A stretch of DNA of 63,161 nt, filler included, from Olpidium bornovanus S191 (taxonomy: Eukaryota; Fungi; Olpidiomycota): assembly GCA_017911155.1 (NCBI GenBank). It is 30 parts of 30 records of this genome, joined end to end, with 100 filler letters (N's around TTAATTAATTAA, not from the genome) between each part and the next. Parts side by side here need not be neighbours in the genome. Positions count along the whole stretch, not along the records: positions 58,779 to 60,628 come from JAEFCI010011733.1; positions 60,729 to 63,161 come from JAEFCI010005455.1; 28 more parts are not named here. One strand, 5' to 3'. How positions within the stretch are numbered: the stretch's first letter is position 1; each line of letters begins with the position of its first letter. Below, piece by piece: positions 59,499-63,161 of the stretch. Below the pieces are notes generated by a model, which saw nothing but the letters and a program-made list of their open reading frames with translations, was not told the DNA's origin and ran no database searches. A program made the position numbers and the translations under genes.

Positions 59499-60628
59499 AT
59501 GCAGCAGCCCCCACCGGGACATCAGGGCAGTGGAGTGCCGGTCCCCAACCAGCAGCAGCAGAGGGGGCCGTTTCCACAGCAGCAGACAGTAAGGCCACCT
59601 TCGGGAATCGACTCCCCTGGCCACGGCGTGTTCCGGCAGGGCCCGGAGGTTCGACCTCCATCCGCGCCTTTGCAGGCTGTTCGACCAAGTAATCCCCCCG
59701 GTTCAGGTATGGGAAATACAGCAAGTGATTATGGTTCTCAGTTCGAAATGGTTTCGGCTGCTGCACCAAGGTCTCCGTGCCGGGCGGGATGCGGAGGTTT
59801 TTCGACGGGAAATCGTCTTACCAGAACGTTGCTCAGCAGGGGTCACTCTCCACTGATCTCTGTTGCTCGTGCGTTTGTGTCCGTCTGCAGGTGAGGGCTA
59901 TCCATCGTCGTCATTTACACCGGGCCCAACCGGGGCGCCAGGACCTTATTCTCAGCAACCTCGCCCTGGTCCCGCTCATCCTGGCGTTAATGTGCCGCCG
60001 CCAGGTCTTGCTGGTGCCGCAAGACCGCTGATTCGCCCAGGAGCGTACGGGTCGGCGGGAATGCCGCCACCGGGTCAGCAACTGCAGCCACGACCACCGT
60101 CGAGCGGATTGCCGTTTTCTCAGGGTGGTCCTCCAGTACAATTTGGGCCGCCGCCACCAGCCGCGCAAGGTTTCCCGGGAGCGCCCCATATGACGCCACA
60201 GCCATCGTTCAGTGGGACGCCGCCCGTATCGGGCATGCCGCCGCAAGCCTTCAGCAGGCCGCCAGGCGTGCCGCAGCAACGCAGGTTTAGCGGCAGCGCA
60301 GGGCCGATTACCGCCGCAGAAATGCAAGCCCAGCAGCAGGGACCGCCTGTATCCCCTAACGACAGTCAGGAGCTGTCCCACCGGCGCCGGCCGGCGTACC
60401 CTAAAGCCATGGCGACGGCGTATACGGGAGGAGGGGATGTTGACCCTTTCGGTGGTGGTGCTTACAGCGGACCATCCGGTTCTCCAGCGATGGCGCAAAC
60501 TCAGGTACCAGCCACTACTGGGGCACCGCAGTTTTTCACCCCCGGATTGGGGCCGGATGTTGGCGCGCAGCAGTTTTCGCAGCCAGCGGTATCCGGCCAG
60601 CAGCAAGGGTCGTATGGCCCGAGCGCAA
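59499..60628 (+). CDS. Pro/Gln/Gly-rich N-terminus, SEC24-like, 3' partial (exons 59499-59706, 59891->60628)
   Basis: In-phase intron 59707-59890 (GTATGG..CTGCAG). The composition and the RRRPAYP / PQFFTPG motifs recall fungal Sec24 N-termini, but no folded domain is reached. Confidence 0.5.
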
Positions 60629-60905
60629 NNNNNNNNNNNNNNNNNNNNNNNNNNNNNNNNNNNNNNNNNNNNTTAATTAATTAANNNNNNNNNNNNNNNN
60701 NNNNNNNNNNNNNNNNNNNNNNNNNNNNGCGTCCGAACAAAAAGTACGATTTAAAAAAAAAACCGCCTTTTTGAAACTGGTTAACGACGGAGGCTTACAT
60801 TGAAGCACGCCCGCTGTCTATAACCTGTTGCAGACTATAATCGGCGGGGGTGGAATGAATCCGTTGTTGGCATTCTGCCTTTCCCCCTCACAACATTTGG
60901 CGCAG

Positions 60906-61545
60906 CTTGTATCTACGAACGTTGCGGTTGCAGTCGAGCTCATGAAGGTCATCTTGACCATCAATGAAGGGGACGCCGAGTGCGTGTGACGGGGCTCAAG
61001 TCCAGTTTTCGTGCATCAGCTGTGTCGATCCTGGTCGCCCACCGGATTTTGCGTGCGTTCTCACAAACCTTTTTTTTCACACTTCCTCATTCTGCAGGTC
61101 TGTACGAGCCATTGTAAACCTCTACCCATCACTGCCAGCCATGGAGTTGGTGCTCAACCTTGCGTCGGGGCGGAAGCTCCTCCCAGAGCACCTCCATTCT
61201 TACCTAGCCAATTGCACCAGCACATGCGAGCGGACAACGGACCGGTTCGCTCAACAAAGACTGGTAGTTCTGGTACGCTTCACAACACCGTCGCCAAAGC
61301 GTTTTGGCTCCTTTATGCGGGTGTTCCTGTAGTTTGAAAGGAACCTGAAAGCGAACATCCTGCCTTTCCCGCCTGCCCCCTCCTTTTGACAGGTGTGCAT
61401 GTTCATCCAGTCGCTGCTGCGCGATCACCTTGTCGACCTTGGGGAGATCATTATCCAAGTCCAGGCTTTCTGTATCCAGTTCTCGCGGGTTCGGCAAGCG
61501 GCCGCTTTGTTCCGGCAAATTTCGCAGCAGAGTCCGCCGGGATAG
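60906..61545 (+). CDS. CNOT11: CCR4-NOT subunit CNOT11 (C2orf29/DUF2363), 5' partial (exons 60906-60979, 61098-61272, 61393-61545)
   Basis: LVSTNVAVAVELM../..SLPAMELVLNL....LLPEHLHSYLANC.STCE...DRFAQQRLVVL/VCMFIQSLLR....IIIQVQAFCIQFSRVRQAAALFRQI aligns to human [68 protein letters not shown] (recalled). Junctions are in phase. Confidence 0.92.
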
Positions 61546-62550
61546 CGACGTCGGACATTTGGTTTTTCATTCCATCCTTTTCCTCTCATTCCCCCTGCAT
61601 ACTCAAGAGAAAGCACTCGTGCGAATGGCGTCGTCTTGTCAAACGCGGCGCTGGGTCATTCGACCTCCCTGCGGTTTTTAGTATACCGCTGCGCGGTGCT
61701 GGACCAGATTTTGTTTTCTTATTCTTCTTACAACCAGAGGACACGCAAGGCCTCGGTCATTCTGGGAAGCACAGCAGTCAACTCGGAAGCACAGAGTTGC
61801 CGGGCGAGGAAGGACTACCTCAAAATGTTCACAGGATAACTATTCCCACAGGCAGACAACTGGCCTTAAAGCCTAACCGATGTGGTGTTTAAGGCGCCGT
61901 ATGGCAAGTCAAACGGGCGATTCATCGCGTAGGCCTTACATTGCCCCCAACAGGTCAGTATGGTGATGTTCGTCCCCGTGCCCAACTTTGGGTGCGGGGG
62001 GGATCAACGCATCTGGCACCTCGTACCTGCACCGTACGATGAAAGATATTTTCTTAAGAAATAAGAAACTAAAAGCTATGCTGCTTAAACGCCTGAGGAA
62101 CGCAGAACAAAGTCAACGGCGGTCGCCGCGCTCCTCAATGCGTTGGAAACGAAAGAAGCGCCGCAGTAGTACATGGATTACCATTACTTCCAAAGTAGGG
62201 AAGATGTGTGTCTACCACCACCAATGCCTTTGTCGTTCGGTGACCAGAATCAAAAGCGACACAGGGCGACCGCAGGGGGACGGGCAACTGGAAGGAATGG
62301 CGTGAGCGCGCGACGTCCGTTCCACGTCGGGGCGTGGCGCCAGGAGCGCCAGAGCCCTTCCCGCTCCTCCTTCAAGGTCCGATGTGTTCGCCCGTGGCGA
62401 CAGGGCGCTCAACGAAAAAAAAAAGGGTTTTGGTGGAGGGGGATTCACAACATATTTGCGGTCACGTGATCTGCTGGGACCCCTGCGCCCCCTTCCGTGG
62501 CCCTCCCCAGCCCCGCCCCCAACCGCCGTCAGGTCTCGGCAAACGAAAAA

Positions 62551-62882
62551 ATGAATCAGAACGCGAATCTCGCCGCGGGGTTCATGAACGTTGCAGGAGG
62601 AGGAGGAGGAGGAGGTGTCGGAGGACCAGGGACTGGGGCAGGAGGAGGAGGAGGAGGAGTGGCTGGGGCAGGCGCCGGCGGAGTCGGAGGACCCGGAGGG
62701 GGGGCAGGACCAACAGCAGGCGCAGGCGCAGCAGGAGGTGTAGGAGTGGGACGGCCCGGAGCAGCCGGCGATGCCGGTGGGAACCTGAACGGTGGTGGAA
62801 TCGGCAGGGTGCCGCTTCCCGCCGGCGCCGACTGGAGGACGATGATACCAGACGAAACGAGGGCGAGGGTAATCGCTAAGTT
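62551..62882 (+). CDS. MED15-like KIX-domain protein, first exon (3' partial)
   Basis: A Gly/Ala-rich leader then DWRTMIPDETRARVIAKL, ending at a GTGAGT donor. This matches the DWR......R..I..KI start of MED15/Gal11-type KIX domains. Confidence 0.55.
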
Positions 62883-63102
62883 GTGAGTGTTGTCGGGCTC
62901 TTTCCGCTTTTCCCGTACTTCCGGCCGTCTCTCCCGGCTTTCTCGTCCACACCCCGCCGTTCGAGAGAAGTTCTTCAAGGTCCGACATATGGCGGCTTTG
63001 TCGAATACCGTGGCCGCTTTGCGTAACCGAGCGAGGGAAGCAAGCTTCCGCCCGTTTTTCAGACACTTCGGTCCCTACGCTGTGTGCGGTTTCCGAGAGA
63101 CC

Positions 63103-63143
<41 letters not shown>

Positions 63144-63161
63144 ACCCCCCCCCTCCCCCCC

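Noticed and set aside
1059-60728. Regularly repeated TTAATTAATTAA flanked by N runs (CRISPR-like periodicity)
   Set aside because: It is a six-frame-stop linker added during contig concatenation, not biological.
62462-62471. GTCACGTGAT E-box about 80 bp upstream of the MED15-like ATG (similar site at about 9087)
   Set aside because: A short motif like this is expected by chance in 63 kb of GC-rich DNA, and I cannot test enrichment here.
4069-62882. Apparent cluster of RNA-processing genes (REXO1-like, PAN2, SSU72, PRP18, CNOT11, MED15-like)
   Set aside because: They lie on different contigs joined by artificial spacers. Only SSU72-PRP18 and CNOT11-MED15-like are physically linked.

Overview
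This is eukaryotic genomic DNA with spliceosomal introns (GT..AG, CTAAC/TTGAC-like branch sites), very GC-rich exons and homopolymer-rich introns and intergenic DNA. It is not one locus. Thirty short contigs (about 1.0-3.8 kb, all over 1 kb) are joined by 29 identical 100-bp artificial spacers (N44-TTAATTAATTAA-N44, stops in all six frames), so gene order across spacers means nothing. Gene content points to an early-diverging, probably zoosporic, fungus; Olpidium-like is my inference and is not verified. By reconstructing splice junctions I recognise partial or complete genes for: a GLUT-type sugar porter, a REXO1/REX3-like exonuclease, PAN2, a secreted orphan, an RRM-like protein, a CDKL-like kinase, an AIG2-like gamma-glutamylcyclotransferase, acyl-CoA oxidase, a SIP5-like protein, a DUF5092-like protein, a RasGEF, Rab GDI, a Sel1-repeat protein, an MDM1/SNX13-type sorting nexin, SSU72, PRP18, cullin-1, an oligopeptidase B-like peptidase, ALG10, a SEC24-like protein, CNOT11 and a MED15-like KIX protein. 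Mobile DNA comprises a Ty3/Gypsy integrase followed by long antisense ORFs, a decayed Tc1/mariner transposase and a probable Copia relic. I found no rRNA, tRNA or CRISPR array. The most notable signals are contig ends at CATG, frequent non-YAG and poly-A-preceded splice acceptors, antisense ORFs 3' of the Gypsy integrase, a near-perfect RFX X-box palindrome, CNOT11 in a fungus, a candidate secreted effector and a 65-bp terminal inverted repeat. I did not find a confidently new multi-gene system.
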